From Eubacterium sp. (GTDB lineage Bacteria > Bacillota > Clostridia > Oscillospirales > Ruminococcaceae), in contig JAISVH010000119.1 in NCBI GenBank assembly GCA_031271685.1, positions 362 through 64,361 of the forward strand: a stretch of 64,000 nt of DNA, given 5' to 3'. The notes beneath the pieces were generated by a model. That model ran no database searches and was not told the origin of the DNA. It worked only from the letters and a program-made list of their open reading frames with translations. The translations under genes and the position numbers were made by a program. Shown one piece after another: positions 19,608-28,299 of the stretch (position 1 is its first letter; each line of letters starts with the position of its first letter).

Positions 19608-20903
19608 ATGGAAATATTTAAGTTGGTCCATGTCACCGTTACAGTTATTTTGCTCGCCTGCTTTGCATATAGGTTTTTTTATATTCCCGTATCACTGTTA
19701 ATGAAAAAGAAAACGAAGCCCGAAACGGCGGCGCAAAATCGTTACGCTATTCTTATTTGCGCGCGAAACGAGGAAAAGGTTATTGCCGACCTAATCGGAA
19801 GCATTAAATCGCAAACTTATGACGCCGGTCTTTTGTCAGTTTTTGTTATTGCCGATAACTGCGAGGATATGACCGCCGATGTTGCAAGGGCGGCCGGAGC
19901 TAGCGTTTATGAACGTTTCAATACGCAGCTTGTTGGAAAAGGGTACGCGCTTGACGAACTGGTGAAGCATATTTCACGAGATTATCCCAATAGATATGAC
20001 GGCTATTTTGTGTTTGACGCGGATAATATACTTGATCCGGATTACATAGAAAAAATGAACCTCACCTTTTCCGAAGGCTGTGAGATCGTAACCGGCTATA
20101 GAAATTCGAAGAATTATGGCGACAATTGGATTTCCGCTGGTTACTCCTTATGGTTTATGCATTCGTCGCGGTTTTTGAATCAGGCTAGGTCACTGCTTGG
20201 CTTAAGTTGCAATGTTTCTGGGACAGGGTTTCTGTTCAGCCAAAGTATTTTGGATAAAACAAACGGATGGCAGTTCCATACGCTCACGGAGGATTTTGAA
20301 TTTACGATACATCACATTTTGAACGGAGAAAAGGTCGGTTTTTGTTTGGACGCGGTTCTGTATGATGAGCAGCCGGTTAAATTTCGTCAGTCATGGCATC
20401 AGCGGACACGTTGGGCAAAGGGTTATCTCCAGGTATTCGGAAGATACTGCTCAAGCTTGTTCCGTGGCGCGGCGCGCGGAAATTTTTCGTGCTTTGATCT
20501 TGGCATAGATACTATATCATCCGTTATACTGACCGCCGCCAGTGTGACTTTTAGTATTGCGCTTTTCATTATCATGCTCGTTAATGGTGAAAGTGTGCTG
20601 TCTATGCTGCAAACTGCCGGTCGGGCTATTATCTGTATGTATCTGGCGCAGTTTATTATGGCGATCTTCACTACGGTGTCAGAATGGAACAAGATACGCG
20701 CGTCTTCATCAAAAAAGCTTATTTATACTCTGACTTTTCCGATTTTTATGTTCACGTATATTCCCGTCTCACTATCCGCTCTTTTCGCTAAAGCGGAGTG
20801 GAAACCCATTGAGCACCGCGTTTCAGCCTCAACGTTAGGAGATTCTTTTAACGCGCGCTCTGCCCGCGGTAAAAAGCGCGCTGAAATCAAGGGACAACCG
20901 TGA
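19608..20903 (+). CDS. Membrane-bound family-2 glycosyltransferase (processive type)
   Basis: FDADN and the QRTRWAKG (QxxRW) motif. One N-terminal TM and about 4 C-terminal TMs. ATG 19608 preferred because the predicted promoter fires at about 19574. Confidence 0.8.
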   Translation: MEIFKLVHVTVTVILLACFAYRFFYIPVSLLMKKKTKPETAAQNRYAILICARNEEKVIADLIGSIKSQTYDAGLLSVFVIADNCEDMTADVARAAGASVYERFNTQLVGKGYALDELVKHISRDYPNRYDGYFVFDADNILDPDYIEKMNLTFSEGCEIVTGYRNSKNYGDNWISAGYSLWFMHSSRFLNQARSLLGLSCNVSGTGFLFSQSILDKTNGWQFHTLTEDFEFTIHHILNGEKVGFCLDAVLYDEQPVKFRQSWHQRTRWAKGYLQVFGRYCSSLFRGAARGNFSCFDLGIDTISSVILTAASVTFSIALFIIMLVNGESVLSMLQTAGRAIICMYLAQFIMAIFTTVSEWNKIRASSSKKLIYTLTFPIFMFTYIPVSLSALFAKAEWKPIEHRVSASTLGDSFNARSARGKKRAEIKGQP

Positions 20904-20915
20904 ACGCTCAGCCGC

Positions 20916-20969
20916 TATACCGCGCTTATGTCCCCCGCATATTAGGCGGTTTCGCCGCAGATGTTTGAA
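20916..20969 (+). repeat. Repeat locus R6: short BA element
   Basis: TATACCGCGCTTATGTCCCCCGCATATTAGGCGGTTTCGCCGCAGATGTTTGAA. Confidence 0.8.
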
Positions 20970-20974
20970 AATCA

Positions 20975-21002
20975 GACTCCGCGCTATTGCGCGGGTCTTT
21001 TT
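20975..21002 (+). terminator. Intrinsic terminator after the GT2 gene
   Basis: GACTCCGCGC-TATT-GCGCGGGTC followed by TTTTT. Confidence 0.65.
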
Positions 21003-21010
21003 ATAAAAAT

Positions 21011-21039
21011 TTGATTTTAAAGTTTTTTTATGTTATAAT
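21011..21039 (+). promoter_or_regulatory. Promoter of the ABC-CARDB-FtsX operon
   Basis: TTGATT, 17 nt, TATAAT. The 5' UTR of about 185 nt contains repeat locus 21106..21202. Confidence 0.55.
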
Positions 21040-21105
21040 TATATAAAATGCAACCAAATGTGTCGCTATAAGTGTTTATAATATATGAACGCTATAAATT
21101 ATTGC

Positions 21106-21202
21106 ATAGCCGCGTTTATGTCCCGCCTATTAGGCGGCGGGTGATTAATTTACTATAACGCTTGTTAAAACGCCGGAAGCGGATCTGCCGCAGATTTTTG
21201 AA
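21106..21202 (+). repeat. Repeat locus R7: full-length BA element (97 bp)
   Basis: ATAGCCGCGTTTATGTCCCGCCTATTAGGCGGCGGGTGATT...TATAACGCTTGTTAAAACGCCGGAAGCGGATCTGCCGCAGATTTTTGAA. Confidence 0.85.
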
Positions 21203-21231
21203 TGTACAGAAAATGTATTTAAGGATTGACC

Positions 21232-21945
21232 ATGAAACAAACAGCAATTATCGTTAAAGATCTTGTAAAAATATATAAAATTGGGTCAGAGCGGGTGATA
21301 GCGCTGGCTAATATAAATTTTACTGTTAATCAGGGGGAGGTCGTTTGTATTTTAGGCACCTCCGGGTCAGGAAAATCAACACTTTTGAATATGCTAGCGG
21401 GGTTGGAAAAACCCACTCGCGGAAATATTGTTATTGACGGCGAATATATTGAAAGGATGAACGAAAAACAGGTTACCCGTTGGCGCCAGAAAAATATTGG
21501 CTTTGTGTTTCAGTCTTATAATTTAATGTTCGGGTTAACGGCGCTTGAAAATGTGGCGCTCCCTCTCGTCTATCGAGGAATGAACAGGCGAAAGCGTGAA
21601 AAGCTGGTTACGCTTATGCTTAATTTGGTCGGATTGGGAAAAAGGATAAGGCATACGCCAAGTCAAATGTCAGGCGGACAGCAGCAGCGGGTAGGCATTG
21701 CCAGGGCGTTTGTGGCAAATCCCAAAATAGTTTTTGCGGATGAGCCCACGGGCAATCTTGATACCCGAACCACTAAAGAGGTGATGGAGCTTATGGTGAA
21801 GCTCACCCATCAATATAACCATACGCTGATACTTGTGACGCATGACCGGGATATCGCCGCCTATGCCGACCGGATACTCACCATTATTGACGGGAAAATT
21901 GTCTCCGATGAAAATAAAAACGAAAAAGCACAGCAAAAAACCTGA
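21232..21945 (+). CDS. ABC transporter ATP-binding protein, MacB/LolD/FtsE-like
   Basis: [26 protein letters not shown] and ADEPTGNLD motifs. ATG 21232 lies 8 nt after AAGGA (the listed start is TTG 21226). Confidence 0.9.
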   Translation: MKQTAIIVKDLVKIYKIGSERVIALANINFTVNQGEVVCILGTSGSGKSTLLNMLAGLEKPTRGNIVIDGEYIERMNEKQVTRWRQKNIGFVFQSYNLMFGLTALENVALPLVYRGMNRRKREKLVTLMLNLVGLGKRIRHTPSQMSGGQQQRVGIARAFVANPKIVFADEPTGNLDTRTTKEVMELMVKLTHQYNHTLILVTHDRDIAAYADRILTIIDGKIVSDENKNEKAQQKT

Positions 21946-21965
21946 AATATAGAGGAGTATAGAAA

Positions 21966-24686
21966 ATGAAACTGGCAAAACGTTTAACTGTAATTTTAGT
22001 GGCCGTTGCGGGTTTAGTCTTGAATTACCCCGCTTTTGCCGCGACGGCACCCGCTATTTCGATATCCAAAAACAAAACCACTGCTTCAATTAGTCCCGGA
22101 GAGAGCTTTTCCGTCAGCGCCAGATTTTCGCTGGACAGCGGAGACGTTGGGTCACTTGTTTCAAGAAGCTTTTCGCTTAGCGGCTATGGTGATTTAATTT
22201 TAGCCGGCGGAAGCGAGGCAATTAATAATTTTAATTTTAATCAGGACTATATTTTTACTTTTACCGCGCCCGACGGGGTATCGACGCAGCTGCTTACCAC
22301 ATTGTTCACCGTTGATTATTCTTATAACGACGGAAGTGCCGTAAGGAACAGCACCGTAAGTTCAACCTTATCTATTTCTGTAAGCGGAGGAGGGAATGAG
22401 GAAGGAAGCGGGAATACCGGCAGCAACTATTTTTCCGGGTCAATAATAATAAGCGATATTGCCGCCGAAACGGTGTCGGTCGGCGAAAAACCCATAGTCA
22501 GGGCTAATATAATTAACGATGCGTCATTTGATATTTTCAGCGCAATAGTTACAGTCAGCGGCGGAAAAAAAGACGTGACACAGCATATAGGTTTTATAAG
22601 CGCGGGGGGGGCGGGAGCGGTGGATATTACCCTTGACGCGTTTGAGTCGGAGGGAGACAAGAACCTCACCGTTAAGCTCGAATACCGTTTGCCTAACAAT
22701 CTTGGAAGGAGCACGTCAAAAAGCTTTTACATAACGGTTTCAGAGATCCCCCCTCTTGCTATATCCGACATGGAGTATCCCGATGATATTGAAGTCGGAG
22801 CGGATACCGAGTTTAAACTAAAATTGGTAAATCGCAGCGATTATGAATATAAAAACGCCGAGGTATATTTTTATAACGGTTCACGGCTATTGGGGTCAAA
22901 CTTTGTTGGAAAAGTGCCGGGCGGTGGCGCGGCCGATGTTGTTTTTAACCACGCCTTTAGCGAAAGCGGCACGGGTGAATACAGTTTCCGGCTTATTTAT
23001 GAAAACAGTTTAGGCAACCGCGCGCAGACAAGACGGCAGTTCAGTCTAACGGTTAACCCCGGCGGAGAATTGAGCATTATAAACATTATTATCCCCGATG
23101 ATATCGCGCTTGGAAAGGTTGCAAACATAAGTTTTGACATTATAAACAAAAACACTGCCGAATTTTCGAGCGCTGAAGCTTTTATACAGGAAAACGGAGC
23201 TACGCTGCAACGTAAATATATAGGAAAAGTCGAGGCGCAGAGCAACCAGTCGGTTATTATCTCTAACGTGTTTTCAAAGGAGGGAAACTATGACATAGTG
23301 CTGACCGCAACTGATAAAAACGGTGTTTTGAAACGGCTGGAAAGAAATATAAACATTTCCCCTATATTGGACGAAAACACGAGCGGCGCGGCGATTTTAA
23401 AAATACAAAGTATAATTCCGCCGATAGAAGTTAAGATAAAAACCGCCGCCGAGGCTAAAATATCTCTCACAAATCCTTCAAGCCAAGTTATAAACGGCGC
23501 GGAAATGTCTCTTTTCAACGCCGCGGGCAAAGAGCTTGACAGCATTTATATAAGCGTACTGGAACCTAACACTATGAGCGCGCATGTTCTTAATTTCAAC
23601 TCGGGATCAAATGAAGGCGCGGCGTCTTATCGCGTGAGGTTGCAGTATAAAAATTCTGCCGGAAAAACAGAAAGCGTTATAAAAAACTTTACGGTTTCGG
23701 TTGTCGAAAGCACGGAAGAGACAGAAACCGAGCCGGCGGATGTTAAAATTCAAAAGATTGAAGCTCCGCTCACCGCTTATACCAATGTGAGGACTAAAAT
23801 ACCGTATACCTTGATAAACGCAGGAAAAGGCACAGCTAAAAACGTTGAGATATATGTTGTAAACAATAGTAGCGGCGAGGAATTAGCGCGCGAATATGTC
23901 GGCAATATAGCGCCGTTTGCTTCTACAACCGACCTTAGCTATTATACTAAATCTGTGCTTGTCGGCGAGGTAAGCGCAACGTTATACGCGACTTTTGAAA
24001 ATTATGACGGAAGTGTGGGTGGAATAAGCAAAATCTATAACCAAAACGTTATAGACTACCGCGCAAGCATAACCGATATATCGGGCACCGAATGGCTTAT
24101 GGCAGGGATGCCCGCCACCATAGAATTTGCCGTTCAAAACAATGGAACCGAAAAGCTTTTAAACACTCAGGCATATCTTACTGGTTCCGATGGTAGTAGT
24201 TATGGTGAATTTTTTATAGGAACGGTGGAGCCTGGCACTAAGCTTGAGCGCCAAAAATTTAAAGACGTAATCTTTCCCACCGAAGGCGATATTTCGCTTA
24301 TTATTCGAGTGACCTATGAAAATGAGGATATGCAGGTATTTGGGTTTAAGAGTGAAAAAACTGCGCTAGTTCAGCCGGTTGACGACGGTTCGATGCAAAT
24401 GCCTATAGATCCCGGCATGCCTGTGGACGAACCGGCGACAGACGAAAGCTCTTCAGAAGGCGGATTAAAGTGGTGGGTTTGGGCGCTTATAGGCGTTGGA
24501 GCGGCAATTATAGTTTTTGCGGTTATAATTATCGCGGTCAATCGCAAAAAGAAAAAAGCCGTCGAAGACGACGAGGATATAAAATTCTTGTTGAACCAGA
24601 TATACGAGCAGCCCGCCGCCCCCGAAGAAAATAGCGCAACAGTTACCGCAGATAATAATATTAATGGGGATAGTGAAATCAATTAG
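21966..24686 (+). CDS. Secreted protein of about seven ~100-aa CARDB/COG1361-like repeats, with a C-terminal TM anchor and acidic cytoplasmic tail
   Basis: Signal peptide ending AFA-AT. Repeats share a pattern of the form I..I..P..I.vG.......i.N.......a.v........l....iG.i......... . TM segment WWVWALIGVGAAIIVFAVIIIAV followed by NRKKKK. Confidence 0.7.
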   Translation: MKLAKRLTVILVAVAGLVLNYPAFAATAPAISISKNKTTASISPGESFSVSARFSLDSGDVGSLVSRSFSLSGYGDLILAGGSEAINNFNFNQDYIFTFTAPDGVSTQLLTTLFTVDYSYNDGSAVRNSTVSSTLSISVSGGGNEEGSGNTGSNYFSGSIIISDIAAETVSVGEKPIVRANIINDASFDIFSAIVTVSGGKKDVTQHIGFISAGGAGAVDITLDAFESEGDKNLTVKLEYRLPNNLGRSTSKSFYITVSEIPPLAISDMEYPDDIEVGADTEFKLKLVNRSDYEYKNAEVYFYNGSRLLGSNFVGKVPGGGAADVVFNHAFSESGTGEYSFRLIYENSLGNRAQTRRQFSLTVNPGGELSIINIIIPDDIALGKVANISFDIINKNTAEFSSAEAFIQENGATLQRKYIGKVEAQSNQSVIISNVFSKEGNYDIVLTATDKNGVLKRLERNINISPILDENTSGAAILKIQSIIPPIEVKIKTAAEAKISLTNPSSQVINGAEMSLFNAAGKELDSIYISVLEPNTMSAHVLNFNSGSNEGAASYRVRLQYKNSAGKTESVIKNFTVSVVESTEETETEPADVKIQKIEAPLTAYTNVRTKIPYTLINAGKGTAKNVEIYVVNNSSGEELAREYVGNIAPFASTTDLSYYTKSVLVGEVSATLYATFENYDGSVGGISKIYNQNVIDYRASITDISGTEWLMAGMPATIEFAVQNNGTEKLLNTQAYLTGSDGSSYGEFFIGTVEPGTKLERQKFKDVIFPTEGDISLIIRVTYENEDMQVFGFKSEKTALVQPVDDGSMQMPIDPGMPVDEPATDESSSEGGLKWWVWALIGVGAAIIVFAVIIIAVNRKKKKAVEDDEDIKFLLNQIYEQPAAPEENSATVTADNNINGDSEIN

Positions 24687-24700
24687 CAAAACGGTTCTGA

Positions 24701-24851
24701 TATAGCCGGTCATTTTAAAAACGCTAAATGCGGTTTTAAGACGCGGCATGCGCCGCGTGCCGACGAAGGCGGCCTTGTCTTGCTCATAATCAGTCGCGGG
24801 CTTTGCCCGCTGTTTAAAAACCCTTTAGGATTTTTAAATTAACTGACTATA
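24701..24851. mobile_element. MITE-like element F, full copy (151 bp), between the CARDB-repeat gene and the FtsX permease gene
   Basis: Ends TATAGCCGGTCATTTTAAAAACGCTAAATG / ...CCTTTAGGATTTTTAAATTAACTGACTATA form imperfect TIRs. About 80% identical by eye to 31871..32021. Confidence 0.85.
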
Positions 24852-24932
24852 TTTGGGCATGTTCGATAATAGGAAACTCATCGGCTGATATAATTAACCA
24901 TAAAAAACAACAAGTTAGCATGGTATGAAAAC

Positions 24933-26327
24933 ATGAAATTTAGTGATATTTTGAGCATGGTTTTTCGGAACCTTACAAAGCGCAAGCTTCGCACAATATT
25001 GACTGTTTCTGGCGTTTTCATCGGCACAATGGCAATTGTGGTGATGATTTCGCTCGGCATAGGCATGTCTGAAGCTCAGGATAAAATAATTGAAGAATGG
25101 GCCGACTTAACGCTTATCTCCGTCTATAATTACGGCGATATGCCTCAGCAGGAGGGGGCAGGTGAAGCGCCGCCCTCTTTGACGGATGAAGTTATAAAAG
25201 AACTTGGCAAAATCGAAGGCGTAAAAGCAATAACCCCTTGGTATGAGCAAATCTACAGCGGCTCTCAGTTAACTATTTATAGCGATGAATACACCTTTAA
25301 CGCGCCGCTTATTGGGGTGGATATGACTCAGCTCGACGCTTTCGGGTATAAGCTAACCGAAGGAGAATGGGTGACTGACGGTAATTTTGCCGGAGTGGTG
25401 TATGTTGGAGGAATGGTCGGTTCAGAAGTTTTTAATTATTTGGATGAAGAATATGAATGGGCGGAAACTGAAGAGCGATCTACGTTTTCTGTGGATCCTA
25501 TGTCGGACGAACTGCATATTTTACCGATGGTAATAGACACGGATACCTGGGAATTGGATTATTCAACAATAGGGTCAAAAACCGCTCCCAACAGTGAATA
25601 TGACATGGAACTCAACGTAAAAGGAGTGATCGAGGGGAATTGGAGAGACTACTATACACAATATGGTTTTTTTATAGATGTAAGCAATTTGAAAAATCTA
25701 ATAGACGGGTTTAACGACATTAACAGTGATCAAAAAATGGAAGAATTTACCGGAGTTTATGATAGCGTTAGGATACGCGCCGAGGATATGAAAATAGTTG
25801 CGGAAATTGAGGAAAAAATCCAGGAGATGGGCTATCAAACCTATTCCGACGGGCAATCGCGCGAAAACATGAAAAAACAGACCCAGCTCATACAGATGAT
25901 GCTAGGAGCTCTTGCGGCTGTATCTTTGTTCGTCGCGGCGCTTAATATTACCAACACCATGATAATGGCGATTGTTGAGCGCACAAAAGAAATAGGCATC
26001 ATGAAAGTTTTGGGCTGCGACATCCCAAAGATTCGGCTACTTTTTCTTTGCGAAGCGGCCTCGATAGGATTTATCGGCGGAATTGTGGGGGTAGTTTTTA
26101 GCTTTATTGTTTCGGCGCTGATGAACGGCTTTTTAGCTGAAACACTGATGAAAATGCTAGCCGGCGAATATTTCACTATGCCCGAAGGGGTAAAGATATC
26201 CCAAATTCCTGTTTGGCTTGCAGCCGCCGCGTTAGGGTTCGCAACGCTTGTCGGGGTTGCGGCGGGGCTGCAGCCCGCCAACCGCAGCGTTAAAATAAGC
26301 GCGCTGTCGGCGATATCGCATGATTAG
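24933..26327 (+). CDS. ABC transporter permease, FtsX/MacB type with a large extracytoplasmic domain
   Basis: N-terminal RNLTKRKLRTILTVSGVFIG, an extracellular loop of about 280 aa, then 3 C-terminal TMs. This is the FtsX fold pattern. Confidence 0.85.
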   Translation: MKFSDILSMVFRNLTKRKLRTILTVSGVFIGTMAIVVMISLGIGMSEAQDKIIEEWADLTLISVYNYGDMPQQEGAGEAPPSLTDEVIKELGKIEGVKAITPWYEQIYSGSQLTIYSDEYTFNAPLIGVDMTQLDAFGYKLTEGEWVTDGNFAGVVYVGGMVGSEVFNYLDEEYEWAETEERSTFSVDPMSDELHILPMVIDTDTWELDYSTIGSKTAPNSEYDMELNVKGVIEGNWRDYYTQYGFFIDVSNLKNLIDGFNDINSDQKMEEFTGVYDSVRIRAEDMKIVAEIEEKIQEMGYQTYSDGQSRENMKKQTQLIQMMLGALAAVSLFVAALNITNTMIMAIVERTKEIGIMKVLGCDIPKIRLLFLCEAASIGFIGGIVGVVFSFIVSALMNGFLAETLMKMLAGEYFTMPEGVKISQIPVWLAAAALGFATLVGVAAGLQPANRSVKISALSAISHD

Positions 26328-26360
26328 GGCATGTTGCCCATCATCGAGAACATGCCCTAA
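26324..26360. terminator. 12-bp perfect inverted repeat between convergent genes (no U-run)
   Basis: TTAGGGCATGTT-n13-AACATGCCCTAA, overlapping the FtsX-permease stop codon. Confidence 0.4.
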
Positions 26361-26401
26361 TGTCTATAAGTTAATTGTAATTTTGCTTCATTTTATGGAG
26401 A

Positions 26402-27055
26402 TTATCTAGATTTTATTAACAAATGTTTTTTAATATTTTTTATAAAACTATCCATATCTTTTTTATTTTTAAATAGCTTAATTTCGCCTGTCCTTGAGTG
26501 GGGGGAAACTTCTTGAAAGCTGCCTTCAATAAATGTTGGGGAATCTTTTGATTTATCTAAATAAAATGTATGTATCCCTTCTCGTATTTCGATCTTGTCA
26601 TTTATGTATGTTTGGGCCGTATAGCGGCCTATTATTTTTTCGCCTTCACATAAAAGACAAACGTTTTCTTTCCAATTTGTGCGTTGGCCAACAGGTTCTT
26701 CAATGTTAAAATCTTTTACGCTACGATTAAATCCTGAAATCTTTAAATCATAAAAATTCTGTTTAATTTTTATACTGCCTTTTTTTAAATAGTTTGTGTC
26801 ACTTTCCATAAGGTGGACATGATGCCATATTCCATCAACATAAATGTTTTTGTGAAGTTTCTTCCAAAACCAATGAGCTATTTTTTCAATTAAAAAATAA
26901 ATTATGGCATAAGATAAAACATCCATCAGCAACAGAGTGAATATTTTAACTAAGCCGTTAGATATAGGGATTAAGTCATAAAATATGTTAAGAGCAAAAG
27001 ATATTGTGGCGGCAGCCCCTCCTATTCCTAAAATTATACTTTTTCTCTTATCCAT
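26402..27055 (-). CDS. Hypothetical membrane protein: two TM helices plus a beta-strand-rich C-terminal domain (possible S-2TMbeta/Cap15-like effector fold)
   Basis: TM1 about aa 6-26 and TM2 about aa 35-57, then an alternating-polarity domain of about 150 aa. Hand-counted lines give about 13-37% GC, against about 55% in neighbouring gpsA. Confidence 0.55.
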   Translation of the reverse strand: MDKRKSIILGIGGAAATISFALNIFYDLIPISNGLVKIFTLLLMDVLSYAIIYFLIEKIAHWFWKKLHKNIYVDGIWHHVHLMESDTNYLKKGSIKIKQNFYDLKISGFNRSVKDFNIEEPVGQRTNWKENVCLLCEGEKIIGRYTAQTYINDKIEIREGIHTFYLDKSKDSPTFIEGSFQEVSPHSRTGEIKLFKNKKDMDSFIKNIKKHLLIKSR

Positions 27056-27102
27056 TTTCTGTTCTCTTTTCTGTCAATTTAATAACGTTAAGCGCATTGG
27101 AT

Positions 27103-27226
27103 TTCAAACATCTGCGGCGGAATCCCTTTTACTGCAACTTTTTCATCATTATTTTTGATGTTTTTTAAGTTAATTTACTATAAGTCAGAATGGAATCCGC
27201 CGCCTAAGAGGCGTAACGCGGTTATA
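27103..27226 (-). repeat. Repeat locus R9: BA element (reverse) with an L-arm fragment inside
   Basis: TTCAAACATCTGCGGCGG...GTTTTTTAAGTTAATTTACTATA-AGTCAGAATGGAATCCGCCGCCTAAGAGGCGTAACGCGGTTATA. Confidence 0.8.
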
Positions 27227-27250
27227 TTTTATCATAAAGCACATGCACTG

Positions 27251-28273
27251 TCAATTGCTTATCCAAAATTTCTCTTTTTCATGTTTTAGCGGCCTCCCCA
27301 TAAGCTCTTTGAGCGCCGCGTCCGGTGAAACTCCGTCAAAGCAGACGGCGCAAAGCTTATCGATAATCGGCACGCTTACGTTGTGCTCACGTGCTATCTC
27401 GCTTGCTGTTATTGCGCATCCATATCCCTCTACCGTGCCGATGCGCTCTACCGCTTCTTTAGCGGGAACCCCTTGCCCGATAAGGATTCCGGCGCGATGG
27501 TTGCGCGAATGCACGGATGTGCAGGTGACTATAAGGTCGCCTACTCCGGACATGCCGTTAAAAGTTTTCCAATCGGCTCCTAAAGCAACACCTAGCCGCG
27601 TGATTTCAGCAAGGCCGCGGGTCATAAGCGCGGCAAGCGTATTATCGCCGTACCCCATTCCCTCTACGATACCGCAGCAAAGGGCAATGGGGTTTTTAAG
27701 AGCACCGCCTAGCTCGCAGCCTTTTACGTCGTCAGAAAGATATATCCTTAAGCTTTCGCACTGCAGCTTATCCTGCACAAGCTCAGCGGAGGCCTTATCA
27801 TTGCTCGCGCAGACTACCGTGGTGGGCATCATCCTGCCTACCTCCTCGGCATGACAGGGTCCGGTGATTATCACGATTGGATTATCTGTTAGAAATTCGC
27901 TTATTACTTCGCTTTGCCTTTTATGGGTTTTTCCTTCAAATCCTTTTCCCACATTTATTACTGTCGTACCGGATTTTATATTTTTTGACGCTTTTTCAGC
28001 CACCTCTCTCACTGCTGCCGACGGAATGGCAAAAATCAAAAAATCGCAGTCGCCTACAGCAGAAATATCGGTGGTAATATTAACTGAACGAGAAATTTTA
28101 ACGCCGGGTAAAAGTTTTTTATGCTCACTATCGCGCAAAATGGCATCTTTTTCTTCTTCAAATTTGGTCCAAACGGTAACCTCATGCCCCGTCTTGTCGA
28201 ACAGCACGGCAAGAGCTGTTCCGAAACCGCAGCCCAGTATAGTTATTTTTGATTTCTTGGACTTTGTCGTCAT
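27251..28273 (-). CDS. gpsA: NAD(P)H-dependent glycerol-3-phosphate dehydrogenase
   Basis: 340 aa. N-terminal ILGCGFGTALA dinucleotide fold. Conserved der-plsY-gpsA context. Confidence 0.93.
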   Translation of the reverse strand: MTTKSKKSKITILGCGFGTALAVLFDKTGHEVTVWTKFEEEKDAILRDSEHKKLLPGVKISRSVNITTDISAVGDCDFLIFAIPSAAVREVAEKASKNIKSGTTVINVGKGFEGKTHKRQSEVISEFLTDNPIVIITGPCHAEEVGRMMPTTVVCASNDKASAELVQDKLQCESLRIYLSDDVKGCELGGALKNPIALCCGIVEGMGYGDNTLAALMTRGLAEITRLGVALGADWKTFNGMSGVGDLIVTCTSVHSRNHRAGILIGQGVPAKEAVERIGTVEGYGCAITASEIAREHNVSVPIIDKLCAVCFDGVSPDAALKELMGRPLKHEKEKFWISN

Positions 28274-28299
28274 AACTTCTCCTTAGAACACGTTCTTTA

